A stretch of DNA of 51,529 nt from Candidatus Uhrbacteria bacterium (lineage in GTDB: Bacteria; Patescibacteriota; Patescibacteriia; JACQSD01): assembly GCA_016206165.1 (NCBI GenBank), contig JACQSD010000018.1:1-51529 (forward strand), in the 5' to 3' direction. The notes under the pieces are model-generated. The model made no database searches and had not been told where the DNA came from. It saw only the letters and a list, made by a program, of their open reading frames with translations. The translations under genes were made by a program, and so were the position numbers. Positions 7,965 through 18,388 of the stretch are shown here, one piece after another (the stretch's first letter is position 1; every line of letters starts with the position of its first letter).

Positions 7965-10900
7965 ATGTTGATTGCCATTATCACTTGGTCATCACTTGTT
8001 CTTGCGCTCATCGCACTCGTGGGTGTTGTCTTTGGTTTTTTACAAATGCGGAAAGAAGATGCGCTCGTGCACGCGCGAGGGAAGAGCATCCTCATTGTTT
8101 CTGGCGTTACGACACTCCTCTTTTTTGCGCTTTTTGCGGTTGGATTGTATCGCATGAATGCGTCAGAGGGAATCAATCAAAGCACACAAACAGGCACGAG
8201 CCCATTAACGAACACATCACCAGGCCTCACCCCACGAACAGATCGTGATCGCGATCCCGGGAGTACTCCACCAAAGACAACGCAACCAGGAGGAGGAACA
8301 GAAGTGCCGATTGCAAGTCCGGCAGAAGGGGTGGCTGGGAGAACCGTCACGATTATTGGAAAAGGATTTGGGAATGTGCCAGGGAGCGTGCAGTTTGTGG
8401 ATACAAAAGGAAATGAAACACGCGCAGCACTTGTCAATGCAGGTGAGTGCACCCCGACGCCATGGGGGGATACCACAATCCTCATTACTATTCCCGATGT
8501 TGCCCCCGATACCTATACAATCATCGTGCGCCGTGTCGATGGCGGAGCATTGGCACCATTTTCATTTCGTGTGACGAATCTCGGGAACCGAACAAGTATT
8601 TGTCGCGTTGATCCCGAATCAGGCATCCCGAACGCAACGCAGGTGACCATGCTTGGTTCGGAATTAGGAAAAACTCCGGGGAAGGTATACTTTGGCGAGA
8701 CGCTCGCACAATCCATTGTTTCTTGGAGCGAGCGCGCAATTACGGTGCGCGTTCCCATTGGCGCAACCACGGGAACTGTCCGTGTCGTTACCAAAGAGGG
8801 CATTCGTTCGAACGAACTTGCATTTACGATTGGGCAATGCACAGGGACGTCATGTCGGAGTGGCGAATCGTGTTGTGGCGACGGCCTCTGTCGCAAAGAA
8901 GGAACATGTCCCGCATCGGGCGCATGTCGATACCGGTGGTATTTTTCGACTGGCGCAACGATGACGTTGCCATGCGGGGCGAATGGGGCATGTCCATCGG
9001 GTTTTCAATGTGATGCAACAACAAAAGCGTGCGCCCCACTGCGGCGTGCAGGGCCATGTGTGAAAGACACAGAGTGTCCGGCGGGAACATACTGCCAGAA
9101 AGCGAGCGGGCGATGTATTGATGGGACGCCACGTTTGATTGAAGAGCCTGGATGCGTGAACACCGTCCAGAGTCCGACGCCCTATCGCGGACGCATTGAC
9201 GCATGCACGAATGCACGGTTTGGCGCACGGTTTTCTGTTCCGCTCGACGCGAGTACATTGCATGACCATACACTCGAACTCCACCAATGTGGAACCGCCA
9301 TTGATTTTAACGAACAGGCATGCACGGCTCGCATTGCGGGTTCAGTCGTATCGATCCCTGGGCAAGATGGCGTTGTTGGGTTCCTCTATGAACCAGAGGT
9401 GCCGTTGCAACCGGAAACGTGGTACACAATGACCATCAAACAATCGCTCGAGAGCGTTGCACGAATATCGATTGGCGACGATATCACGTGGCGCGCACGA
9501 ACAGGGAAGACTCCATGTACACTTGATCACGTTGAGGTGACGCCATCGCGCGCCATCGTTGTTGGCATTGATCGCGAACAGGCATATCGCGCATTGCCGA
9601 CAGCAAAAAATTGCAACGTGATACCTCACGCGGGGCCATGGGCTTGGGTATCGAAGGATGAGCGTCAAGCATCGCTCGCACCGACGAATGGAGAAGAAGC
9701 GATTGCACGTGCACGCGGAGCGACGACAGGGGATGGTGTTTCGCTCGAAGCAGTGCTTCAGAAGAAAAAAGATACAGGCTTGTTGGTTGTTCGTTTGCTC
9801 GCGCCAAAATTGATTGAATGGTGGCCCTCGTGTGGAAGCGCGTGCAGAAATGCCGAGCTTGGTCTTCGATTCTCCGGGCCAATGCGACTTTCCAGTATCA
9901 ATGAAAAAACAGTTCGGCTCGAGGCGTGCGGGGACGCACAATGTACTCGAGTGACGCCCGTTTCGCTCACTGGATTTTCTGGTGCGGAAGGAGATACTGT
10001 CGTTCGATTTCGATCAACAAAAGGGCTTCTTGCACCTGGTATGACGTATCGCGTGGTCATCATTGCATCGGAAGTGAAAGGACGTGATGGCGTGGCGCTC
10101 GCTGGTATTGAAAGCCGAAGCGGCCAAACAATGACAACAGCGAATGCGCGATATTCTTGGACATTCCGGACACTTGATACACGTGCAGTGTGCAGCGTCG
10201 ATCATGTTGCCGTTGCCCCGGAGCGCGCAACACTCACCGCCATTTTTGCAAAACAGGATTTTTCGGCGATCCCGCGGAGTAAATCCGACGCGTGTGATGT
10301 GCAAGGGCAGCGGTTGATTGCCGATGGGTATGCATGGGCATGGGCGACAAGCGAGGAGCGGGTTGCTGCACTCATTGACGACAAATCGCCAAGTGATGCA
10401 TGGCAACAAGTTGAGGCGCGCGGATCTGGGCAGAGTGCCGTGAGCGCGGAAACTGGAGGGAAACGTGGCATCGGGACTGTTTCGGTTGTTTGTGATGCAA
10501 CTGATGATCGGTCGTGTGGTGCGGACCATGGTGTGGGCATTGATCGTTGTTGTTACCCTCGTCCAAGAATACTCAAACGTCAGCCCGAGGGCGATAAAGC
10601 ATGTCGGAATGGCGTCATTGAAATTCAGTTTGATCAGCCGATGGATAAGGGGACCGTTGAAAAAGGAACAGTCATTGAGCAAGAAGTGGCGGGCACATCA
10701 TGTGCCGCTCCATCACAGCCCAAGAAACCAAACGCCACACCGGGGCCGAACGCGACACCCGCGAAAAAAGTTTTTTGTCCCGTCGCAACGCGGTTGACCA
10801 CAAGTAGTGATGAGCGGCTGTTTACGTTTGCCCCCGCCACGGTGCTTCCGAAAAATGCGGCAATTCGTGTACGTGTTTTTGGCATGGATGCAGATCCAGC

Positions 10901-12326
10901 GAACGTTACTGTCAAGAATCGCGCGGGTGTTGCGATGACGCAAGGAGCGACATGGAATTTCACGACAGGATCGCTCATTTGTCAGATTACCACAGTGCGT
11001 GTGTATCGTGACCCAACACCGACCCCGGTGTTGAGTGATACGTTTCTCTGTTCACGCGGAGATAATTGCGCGGATGATGTGAATTCCGCGCTCCCTGGGA
11101 ACCAGCATCGATTCCGAGTGGCAGCATTCGATCAAGAGGAACATCCAGTGAATGCAACATACGTATGGTCAATAGAAGATCCGCGTACTGCCACGCTGAC
11201 TCCACAAAATCAAGAAGCAGAGGTCACGAGTGGGGAAAACGGAAGGACAGCCCTTGCCGTGCAAGCAACCGCAACGAACGCAGGGGGAGGAAAGGGGAAT
11301 GTGGTGATTCCGATTGATGTGACTGCGTGTGCGAATCCATGGCCTGCGCGGATCGTACAAGGAACAACAACATTGTGGGAACCATTTGCGGATCGAGTAG
11401 GCGCCGGAGCAACAAACTTTTCAACATACTATTGTCGTGATCGTGGAGAGGCTACGCTTGACGACGATTTGCCTGCACTCGCATGGCCGCCTGGCATTGA
11501 AACTGGGTTTGAACAAGATCCAAAGAAAAAAGATCTGATCAAAGGATTCCTTTTCCAGGTTGTTGGTGGCGGCGAACCAGATGCGATTGGCTTTGAGATT
11601 TTCCGAAACCAAGAGAAGAAAGATATTGCGGCATGGTATCGTGCAATATTTAAAAATGACAATCAAAATACTCTTGAACCACTGACCGTGAATGGATATC
11701 CGGGGCTGCGGGATGGGAGAACAGTGTACGTGAATGCATTGAATATTCAAGGATCGGACGTCGTGATGCAGGTGCATCTTCTTTCCTACGGGCTTGGTGC
11801 ATCCGAGGATACGATTGCAATTGCACGTCAGCTCGAACAGAACTGGCGGTTCACCACATCAGTGACCGATGATCGTGATCGGGCTGCGCTCCAACGCGAT
11901 GTGACACGCATGCTCGCGCTCAATGGTATGCGGGGAGCATTGAATAGTCGTGGTGCTCCAAAATTGGAAGCAGGGAGTTTTATTCCAGGGCTTACCTTTT
12001 CCACATGGCCTCTGTCGTGGGGGCGCCTTGGTTCAAGTGCTGGGGCAGCGTTCCCCCGTGATCCCGTGAATCGATTTGAAGGGTGCACGAAACCGTTTGA
12101 TCCTGCAACATGTTGGAACCCGGTGCGCAAGAAGACAGAACCATTGGTCAAACAATTCAAATGTCCGACTGGTGCACTCGCGTATGGATACAAGGTGGAT
12201 CCGGGGAGTCCTCAAGGATATATCCTTGCCACGAATTTTGAATACGATGGCCCGGGGTCCTTCAAGCGTGACCCATCATATCGTTCGCTTGATAGCTTGC
12301 TCGGGAGTGGTGTGTGTACCAAATAA
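7965..12326 (+). CDS. Large (1453 aa) Cys-rich surface protein with IPT/TIG, Ig-like and C-terminal pilin-like regions
   Basis: Two N-terminal TMs; IPT/TIG motifs (VTIIGKGFG..G.V.F, W.D..I..P); Cys-rich repeats; Big_5-like modules; C-terminal RD..R...KLEAGS...P.DP.N. Confidence 0.7.
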   Translation: MLIAIITWSSLVLALIALVGVVFGFLQMRKEDALVHARGKSILIVSGVTTLLFFALFAVGLYRMNASEGINQSTQTGTSPLTNTSPGLTPRTDRDRDPGSTPPKTTQPGGGTEVPIASPAEGVAGRTVTIIGKGFGNVPGSVQFVDTKGNETRAALVNAGECTPTPWGDTTILITIPDVAPDTYTIIVRRVDGGALAPFSFRVTNLGNRTSICRVDPESGIPNATQVTMLGSELGKTPGKVYFGETLAQSIVSWSERAITVRVPIGATTGTVRVVTKEGIRSNELAFTIGQCTGTSCRSGESCCGDGLCRKEGTCPASGACRYRWYFSTGATMTLPCGANGACPSGFQCDATTKACAPLRRAGPCVKDTECPAGTYCQKASGRCIDGTPRLIEEPGCVNTVQSPTPYRGRIDACTNARFGARFSVPLDASTLHDHTLELHQCGTAIDFNEQACTARIAGSVVSIPGQDGVVGFLYEPEVPLQPETWYTMTIKQSLESVARISIGDDITWRARTGKTPCTLDHVEVTPSRAIVVGIDREQAYRALPTAKNCNVIPHAGPWAWVSKDERQASLAPTNGEEAIARARGATTGDGVSLEAVLQKKKDTGLLVVRLLAPKLIEWWPSCGSACRNAELGLRFSGPMRLSSINEKTVRLEACGDAQCTRVTPVSLTGFSGAEGDTVVRFRSTKGLLAPGMTYRVVIIASEVKGRDGVALAGIESRSGQTMTTANARYSWTFRTLDTRAVCSVDHVAVAPERATLTAIFAKQDFSAIPRSKSDACDVQGQRLIADGYAWAWATSEERVAALIDDKSPSDAWQQVEARGSGQSAVSAETGGKRGIGTVSVVCDATDDRSCGADHGVGIDRCCYPRPRILKRQPEGDKACRNGVIEIQFDQPMDKGTVEKGTVIEQEVAGTSCAAPSQPKKPNATPGPNATPAKKVFCPVATRLTTSSDERLFTFAPATVLPKNAAIRVRVFGMDADPANVTVKNRAGVAMTQGATWNFTTGSLICQITTVRVYRDPTPTPVLSDTFLCSRGDNCADDVNSALPGNQHRFRVAAFDQEEHPVNATYVWSIEDPRTATLTPQNQEAEVTSGENGRTALAVQATATNAGGGKGNVVIPIDVTACANPWPARIVQGTTTLWEPFADRVGAGATNFSTYYCRDRGEATLDDDLPALAWPPGIETGFEQDPKKKDLIKGFLFQVVGGGEPDAIGFEIFRNQEKKDIAAWYRAIFKNDNQNTLEPLTVNGYPGLRDGRTVYVNALNIQGSDVVMQVHLLSYGLGASEDTIAIARQLEQNWRFTTSVTDDRDRAALQRDVTRMLALNGMRGALNSRGAPKLEAGSFIPGLTFSTWPLSWGRLGSSAGAAFPRDPVNRFEGCTKPFDPATCWNPVRKKTEPLVKQFKCPTGALAYGYKVDPGSPQGYILATNFEYDGPGSFKRDPSYRSLDSLLGSGVCTK

Positions 12327-12374
12327 TTGCGGGTCTTCACTTTTTATGACACAATAAGAGTATCATCGTTACGT

Positions 12375-12458
12375 AAGCACGAAAGAACGAAAGAACGGAA
12401 GAACTTTTGATAGCCTCGTTCTTCAGTTCCTCCGTTTCCTTGTTCATTCGTTCTCCCG
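12375..12458. repeat. Inverted 8-bp-period array (AGAACGAA / TTCGTTCT)
   Basis: aagcacgaaagaacgaaagaacggaagaac...gttcttcagttcctccgtttccttgttcattcgttct. Confidence 0.7.
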
Positions 12459-12461
12459 AGT

Positions 12462-13046
12462 ATGTTCGAAAATAAACCGTCATCAGCTCCACAAGAGCCA
12501 GAGGATATGTTTGCCGATACTGTTTCGGTGCAACCGCAACCGTCGCGTCTTGCCAGTGTTCCCGAATCAACGAGGACAGGGGATATCCCAGAGCTTGCCG
12601 GCCCTGTCTTTTCCCCGGGGAAGCTTTGGACAACGATCGGTGCTATTGTCGTTGTTCTTGCGCTCGTCGGAGGGGGAGTGTGGTGGTTCTGGTGGAGGCC
12701 GAAGCAACAATCTGCAGCATCGACAACAGCAAATCAACCAGTGACGCAACCCGAAGTGCAGCAACCGCTTGGGGATACCACCCCTCCGCCAGTGACTGAT
12801 GAGGATCAGGATGGGCTCACAGACGCAGAAGAAGCACAGCTCGGAACAAGCGCGACCAATGTTGACACGGATGGCGATGGTCTTTTGGATGCGGAAGAAG
12901 TACGCACATGGAAAACAAATCCGCTCAAAGTTGATAGTGATGACGATGGATATAGTGATAAACAGGAAATTGATAATGGATACAATCCAAACGGCGCAGG
13001 GAAGCTTATGAATGTAGAGGAGGATATTAAAAAGTTGGGTAACTAA
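12462..13046 (+). CDS. Single-TM protein with thrombospondin type-3-like Ca-binding repeats
   Basis: DEDQDGLTD, DTDGDGLLD, DSDDDGYSD..E..GYNP. Confidence 0.75.
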   Translation: MFENKPSSAPQEPEDMFADTVSVQPQPSRLASVPESTRTGDIPELAGPVFSPGKLWTTIGAIVVVLALVGGGVWWFWWRPKQQSAASTTANQPVTQPEVQQPLGDTTPPPVTDEDQDGLTDAEEAQLGTSATNVDTDGDGLLDAEEVRTWKTNPLKVDSDDDGYSDKQEIDNGYNPNGAGKLMNVEEDIKKLGN

Positions 13047-13057
13047 TTACTGTTTCC

Positions 13058-14056
13058 ATGCCTGAGCAGACATTTGGACAATCAACAGAGCGAGGAGCAC
13101 CCGCACAACCAGCGGAGTCTCTTGACATCCGCACGATGCCGGAAGCATTTTTTCCGAAAACTCCGGTCGGTGCCCCGTTACCGTGGGGGATCTTCGCTGT
13201 CGTCGGTGTGCTTGTGCTTGCACTCCTTGGCGTCGGAGCGTACGTTCTTTTCTTTTGGGAAGAGCAACCGCGACCAGCAGACGTTGCCCCGATTCAAAAT
13301 ACAAATGAACCCCCACTAGTGGATACCAATACGCCACCACCAGTGGATACCAGCGGAGATGCACCAGTGATCCCACCTGGTGAGCCTCCGACTGATATAT
13401 CAACACCACCACCAACAAGTATACCGATCAGCGGCAGTCTATTCCCACAATTTGGAATCCGCACCGAGGACACGGATCACGATAACCTCACGAATGAAGA
13501 AGAGAAAGCACTGAATACAGATCCAACGGCGGCAGATACTGATCGTGATGGATATGCGGATGGGCAGGAGATTGAGAATCTCTATGATCCGCTTGCGCCT
13601 TCCCCAGCACTCCTTCCACAGTCGCGATCGGTCGCAACGTATGTGAGCCAGAAATTTGGGTTTCGCTTTCTTCACCCAGGAGTGTGGAGTCAACCTCGGC
13701 CAACCGATGCGGGTGAGCTTGAGACGATGATAACGACGCCCATTACCGGAGAATTCATGGAAGTCATTGTGCAAGAAAACGTGAAACAACAATCAGCATT
13801 TGATTGGTATGTTGCACAAATGCCAGCGGGCTCCGATCCGAAACGACTTTCCATAACATCGATTGAAAATCTCGAGGGCGTCTGGAGCCTTGATGGGAAA
13901 ACTGTTTATTTTACACTTGTTCCTGCCTTTGGAGGGTCGCGCAATTGGATTTATGGAATCACCTATAATACAGGGGAAGCACGCGAGGTGAATTACCCAA
14001 TGATCTTTCGTATGATGATCGAAAGTTTCCGCGTTCAACCACCGGTCGCCCCATGA
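13058..14056 (+). CDS. Single-TM protein with Pro-rich linker, TSP3-like DxDxDG repeats and a globular C-terminal domain
   Basis: DTDHDNLT, DTDRDGYAD..E..YDP. Confidence 0.7.
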   Translation: MPEQTFGQSTERGAPAQPAESLDIRTMPEAFFPKTPVGAPLPWGIFAVVGVLVLALLGVGAYVLFFWEEQPRPADVAPIQNTNEPPLVDTNTPPPVDTSGDAPVIPPGEPPTDISTPPPTSIPISGSLFPQFGIRTEDTDHDNLTNEEEKALNTDPTAADTDRDGYADGQEIENLYDPLAPSPALLPQSRSVATYVSQKFGFRFLHPGVWSQPRPTDAGELETMITTPITGEFMEVIVQENVKQQSAFDWYVAQMPAGSDPKRLSITSIENLEGVWSLDGKTVYFTLVPAFGGSRNWIYGITYNTGEAREVNYPMIFRMMIESFRVQPPVAP

Positions 14057-14517
14057 CACCGTTCGCTCTTGATTGTCGGTTCCCCGCATCGTTTCGTCGC
14101 TTCGTCCCACAAGCGAGCATGACGCGATTACCAGACGCACTGCACCATGTGCTCCACAAAAAAATGAGTGGATCAGTGACGATTGTCGGCGTTTCAGATC
14201 GTGTCATGCGTACGCTCAATCGGCGATATCGGGGGAAAGATAGAACGACAGACGTGCTTAGTTTTCTTTATACGGGGAACACAACGAAAGGAGCGCAGAT
14301 GATCATCGGAGATATCCTCCTTTCCATTCCTGAAGTACGGAGGCAAGCAAGGGAACGAAACGTATCAGCGACCTTTGTGACACACGAGCTCATTGTTCAC
14401 GGACTACTCCATTTGCTCGGGTATGATCATGAACGGAGTCAACGAGATGAAAAAATAATGTTTGAACTCCAAAAGAAAATAGTGCATCATGTTCTCTCCA
14501 GCACGTCTCATCCGTAG
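14053..14517 (+). CDS. ybeY: rRNA maturation RNase YbeY
   Basis: LNRRYRGKDRTTDVLSF, GDI, HGLLHLLGYDH. Confidence 0.95.
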   Translation: MTPFALDCRFPASFRRFVPQASMTRLPDALHHVLHKKMSGSVTIVGVSDRVMRTLNRRYRGKDRTTDVLSFLYTGNTTKGAQMIIGDILLSIPEVRRQARERNVSATFVTHELIVHGLLHLLGYDHERSQRDEKIMFELQKKIVHHVLSSTSHP

Positions 14518-14857
14518 TTTTCAATACGCGTGGAATGGTATTCGGTCGACGTTCGTGTCGGAGCAAAATTTTCGCATCCAGATATGCATTGGCATTCTCG
14601 TGCTTCTGCTCGCGGTCGGTCTCTCCATTCCACTTTCGCACATCGCGTTTCTCGTGCTTGTGGTGACATTTGTTCTCGTGTTAGAATTACTGAACACCGC
14701 CTGGGAGCGTATGCTTGACCTCATGCATCCCGGGTTATCGCCTGCGGTACGCCTTATTAAAGATCTTCTCGCTGCGTTTGTCTTTATCGCATCGCTGGGA
14801 GCGGTCATTACAGGGCTCTTATTGCTTGGCCCACCACTTATCAACTTGTTTTTTTAG
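14489..14857 (+). CDS. dgkA: Diacylglycerol/undecaprenol kinase
   Basis: SFQYAWNGI..EQNFR, ELLNTAWE, KD; three TMs; adjacent to ybeY. Confidence 0.9.
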   Translation: MFSPARLIRSFQYAWNGIRSTFVSEQNFRIQICIGILVLLLAVGLSIPLSHIAFLVLVVTFVLVLELLNTAWERMLDLMHPGLSPAVRLIKDLLAAFVFIASLGAVITGLLLLGPPLINLFF

Positions 14858-14998
14858 ATAACCTGAGATGTCGCGAGGCGCGTACCCGACCGAAGGGATC
14901 CGGCTCTGCCGTGTCCCTGAGGATCGCGGAGCGCGCCGCAAGCGACACAGCGGTTTTGGAGGTTGGACACCTTTTCCAAAAGGGGTCCACACATGTGT

Positions 14999-16255
14999 AT
15001 GTCGCGCGACGCACTTATTACTGGTTTGGATGTTGGATCAACCTCGATTCGTCTTGTCGTTGGGCAGGTGGTTGCCTCAAAACAACGCGACGAAGAACAA
15101 CAATTGCAAATCATTGGTGCGATTGACGTGCCGACCGAAGGGATCCACCGGGGGTCAGTGACCTCCATTGATGATGCAGTCGAGTCGCTCTCAAGTGCGC
15201 GTGATAAAGCAGAGCGCCTCGTCGGCATGCCGATCGACCACGTGTTCGTTGGGATTTCTGGTCCATATATTATTGCGCAGCCTTCGAAGGGTGTCATTGC
15301 AGTTTCCCGCGCAGACGGAGAAATTCAGGAAGAAGATATCGAGCGCGTTATTGAAGCAGCGCAAGCAGTGGCGACGCCACCAAATTATGAAATCCTGCAC
15401 GTCATCCCGCGGAGTTTTACGGTCGACCATCAAACCGGCGTCAAAGATCCGCTCGGCATGACCGGTGTTCGCCTTGAAGTCGACGCACAGATTATTCTCG
15501 GCCTCTCATCGCATTTAAAAAATATTACGAAAGCAGTGTATCGCACAGGCGTTGACATTGACGATCTTGTGCTCTCGACCTTCGCTGCAGCAGAATCCGT
15601 GTTGACAAAGCGGCAGAAGGAGCTCGGCGTCGCGCTCGTGAACATTGGTGGAGGCACGACGAGTGTCGCCGTGTTTGAAGAAGGAGATGTGCTCCACGTG
15701 GGAACAATTCCTATCGGCAGTGGGCACATTACCTCTGATATTGCGATTGGTCTTCGCACATCCATTGAAGTTGCGGAAGAACTGAAGCGTGAATATGGGT
15801 CTGCAACTCCAGAGAAGATTGCGAAGAAAGATGATATCACCCTCGAAGCATTTGGTGAGGGTGAAGGGAATGTCGTTTCGCGAAAGCACCTTGCGGAGAT
15901 TATTCAAGCACGACTTGAGGAGCTTTTCGATCGCATTGATAAAGAATTAAAAAAAGTTGATCGGAGCGGGCTCCTCCCTGCGGGGGTTGTGCTCACTGGT
16001 GGAGGATCAAAACTGCAGGGCATTGTCGATGCAGCAAAACAATCATTACGATTGCCCGCAACGCTTGGATATCCGCAAGAGGTCACAAGTGCGCTTGAGA
16101 AGATCCATGACCCCGCATTTGCGGTGAGTCTTGGGCTCGTGCTTTGGGGGTACGCACTTTCGAAGGACAGGCCAAAAACATTCCTTCCTCGATTCTCTGC
16201 GGTTTCGCAAGTGACGAAGCGTATGAAGGATCTCTTTAAATCATTGTTTTCTTAG
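14999..16255 (+). CDS. ftsA: Cell division protein FtsA
   Basis: GLDVGSTSI, NIGGGTT, GHITSDIA..AEELK, GVVLTGGGS; upstream of ftsZ. Confidence 0.96.
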   Translation: MSRDALITGLDVGSTSIRLVVGQVVASKQRDEEQQLQIIGAIDVPTEGIHRGSVTSIDDAVESLSSARDKAERLVGMPIDHVFVGISGPYIIAQPSKGVIAVSRADGEIQEEDIERVIEAAQAVATPPNYEILHVIPRSFTVDHQTGVKDPLGMTGVRLEVDAQIILGLSSHLKNITKAVYRTGVDIDDLVLSTFAAAESVLTKRQKELGVALVNIGGGTTSVAVFEEGDVLHVGTIPIGSGHITSDIAIGLRTSIEVAEELKREYGSATPEKIAKKDDITLEAFGEGEGNVVSRKHLAEIIQARLEELFDRIDKELKKVDRSGLLPAGVVLTGGGSKLQGIVDAAKQSLRLPATLGYPQEVTSALEKIHDPAFAVSLGLVLWGYALSKDRPKTFLPRFSAVSQVTKRMKDLFKSLFS

Positions 16256-16279
16256 AATCCCTAGGGATTTGCAGTGAAC

Positions 16280-16308
16280 TTGACGGGTGACAGCAATCTT
16301 TATACACT
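16280..16308 (+). promoter_or_regulatory. Putative sigma70 promoter of ftsZ
   Basis: TTGACG-17nt-TACACT. Confidence 0.55.
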
Positions 16309-16356
16309 GAGAGACTGTTTAAGTAAGACCGTCCCGAGAAGCGCAGTCAACGGATG

Positions 16357-16379
16357 GTAGCCGCAACCTTTAGGTTGCG
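16357..16379 (+). repeat. GTAG-type REP-like hairpin
   Basis: GTAG-C-CGCAACCT-TT-AGGTTGCG. Confidence 0.5.
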
Positions 16380-16403
16380 CAACGGAACGATTTTTCAACA
16401 AGT

Positions 16404-17522
16404 ATGGAAGTTAAACCTTCTATCGAAACATTCGCAAAGATTAAGGTTGTTGGCGTTGGTGGAAGTGGTGGGTCAACAATCAACCACATGGTTCGCTCAA
16501 AGATCCGTGGGGTTGAATTTATGGCAGTGAATACCGATGCACAGGCACTGCACCACAATCTTGCTGCAGTCAAACTCCACGTCGGGAAATCAACAACGCG
16601 AGGCTTGGGGGCAGGGATGGATCCAGAGGCAGGGAAGAAAGCAGCAGAAGAAAATCAGAGTGAAATTCGCGAAGCGCTCAAAGGGGCGGATATGGTGTTT
16701 GTCACCTGTGGCCTTGGTGGAGGCACAGGAACCGGGGCGTCCCCCATTGTTGCGGAAATTGCACGTGACCAAGGGTCGCTGACCGTTGCGGTGGTGACGC
16801 GGCCTTTTTCATTTGAAGGTGCACAGCGAAAAGCAATTGCGGAACGAGGGTTGAAAGAGCTCCTTGATAAAGTGGATACAATTATTGTAATCCCCAATGA
16901 TCGCATTCTCGAAATCATTGATAAAAAATCCACATTGCTTGATGCGTTTGGTATTGTGAATGATGTATTAAAGCAGGGGGTGCAAGGCATTTCCGAGCTC
17001 ATCACCGTGCCGGGGTTAACGAACGTTGATTTTGCTGATGTGAAAGCAATTATGCGCGATGCAGGATCTGCGCTCATGGGGTTGGGATCCGGGCAAGGGG
17101 AGAATCGAGCTGTCGAGGCAGCGAAAGCAGCAATTGCATCTCCATTACTTGAAGTTTCGATTGACGGAGCAAAGGGAATATTGTTTACCGTGACGGGAGG
17201 GACTGATCTTCGGATGCATGAACTCTCGGAGGCCGCAAAAATTATTACCGCGCAAGCTGATCCAAATGCGAAGATTATTTACGGTACGGTCATTGATGAA
17301 ACAATGAAAGATGAAGTGCGCATCACCGTTATTGCCACAGGCTTTGGCGATACAGGGAAGGTGCTCACTCAAGAAGCAGCGACGAGTTACCGCCCATCAC
17401 TCTTTTCAAAACCGGCAGAAAAGCCGCAACTGCGCACTGCCGCACAAAAACAGGTAGAAGAGAAGACAAAAGAAGAGGAAGAACTCGAAATCCCCGCATT
17501 CATCCGGAAGAAGATGGGGTAG
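16404..17522 (+). CDS. ftsZ: Cell division protein FtsZ
   Basis: VVGVGGSG, NTDAQAL, GGGTGTG, NVDFADV, C-terminal LEIPAFIRK. Confidence 0.98.
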   Translation: MEVKPSIETFAKIKVVGVGGSGGSTINHMVRSKIRGVEFMAVNTDAQALHHNLAAVKLHVGKSTTRGLGAGMDPEAGKKAAEENQSEIREALKGADMVFVTCGLGGGTGTGASPIVAEIARDQGSLTVAVVTRPFSFEGAQRKAIAERGLKELLDKVDTIIVIPNDRILEIIDKKSTLLDAFGIVNDVLKQGVQGISELITVPGLTNVDFADVKAIMRDAGSALMGLGSGQGENRAVEAAKAAIASPLLEVSIDGAKGILFTVTGGTDLRMHELSEAAKIITAQADPNAKIIYGTVIDETMKDEVRITVIATGFGDTGKVLTQEAATSYRPSLFSKPAEKPQLRTAAQKQVEEKTKEEEELEIPAFIRKKMG

Positions 17523-17605
17523 GACAGCGAGGACAGTGAAGACAGTAAAGACAGCTGATACACTGACTTCACTGACTTTACTGACTTTACTTACTTTACT
17601 GATAC
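17520..17605. repeat. Inverted 9-bp-period array, copy B
   Basis: gacagcgag gacagtgaa gacagtaaa gacag...cactgactt cactgactt tactgactt tacttactt tactga, starting at the ftsZ stop. Confidence 0.85.
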
Positions 17606-17616
17606 TTGTCCACATC

Positions 17617-17670
17617 TTGAAACTACTATCCGTTGTGGTATAATGGAGTATAGAACACTAGATATTGAAA
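17617..17670 (+). promoter_or_regulatory. Promoter of nrdR-nrdJ with a candidate NrdR box
   Basis: TTGAAA, then TGG-TATAAT (extended -10, 17636-17644); ACACTAGATATTGAAA (17655-17670) resembles the NrdR-box consensus acaCwAtATaTwGtg. Confidence 0.6.
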
Positions 17671-17859
17671 ATACTCCATATTTTTTTGACTGTTTTTGAA
17701 TGTTTTCCGAGACTGCGTCGCGCAGAATCGAAGAAAACATTCAATCCGCCGAGTATGCGGTGGCCCTGAGCCGAATCCGCCGATGAGGCGGAGGAGGTAT
17801 GAGCGGTGCTGCGAGAGGCGGATGTACTGTTTTCCGAGACTGCGTCGCGGATGCATCGT

Positions 17860-18342
17860 ATGTTCTGTCCAGCGTGCCGCCATAAAGATACAAAAGTGAG
17901 TGATTCCCGTGTGGGGGCAGATGGGACAACCATTCGTCGCCGGCGAGAATGCCTGAAGTGCCATTTTCGTTTTTCAACACTTGAAGAGGTCGAGATCCTC
18001 GATTTGACGGTCGTGAAGCGTGACGGGCGGCGCGAGGCGTATCGCCGTGAGAAGATTACTGCAGGTCTTCATAAAGCATTTGAGAAGCGCCCCATTACCG
18101 AAGAGGATTTCATGAAACTTGTCCACGCGATCGAGCGCGATATCCAAGCGCGGCGGGTCTCGGAGATTCGCAGTTCCGATATTGGAGAGATTCTCATGGA
18201 GCATCTCCAGGCAGCAGACTCTGTCGCCTACATCCGGTTTGCATCGGTCTACCGTAAGTTTGAAGATGCCGAACGGTTTCAACAAGAATTACAACGCCTT
18301 TTTAAAAAACAAAGGAGAGTGAAACGGCCTCACCGCGCATGA
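17860..18342 (+). CDS. nrdR: Transcriptional repressor NrdR
   Basis: MFCPAC..DSR..IRRRRECLKC..RFST.E, VVKRDG ATP cone, VAYIRFASVY. Confidence 0.97.
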   Translation: MFCPACRHKDTKVSDSRVGADGTTIRRRRECLKCHFRFSTLEEVEILDLTVVKRDGRREAYRREKITAGLHKAFEKRPITEEDFMKLVHAIERDIQARRVSEIRSSDIGEILMEHLQAADSVAYIRFASVYRKFEDAERFQQELQRLFKKQRRVKRPHRA

Positions 18343-18388
18343 GAGCCCATGCTCATGCACCGTGCGTCGATTTGCTTGTCACGACGTT

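Noticed and set aside
14886..15146. 16-nt exact repeat CCGACCGAAGGGATCC upstream of and inside ftsA
   Set aside because: A single short match with no supporting structure; chance or an old micro-duplication cannot be excluded.
17520..17605. 9-mer arrays as CRISPR arrays
   Set aside because: Units are 9 bp, contiguous, inverted and have no unique spacers.
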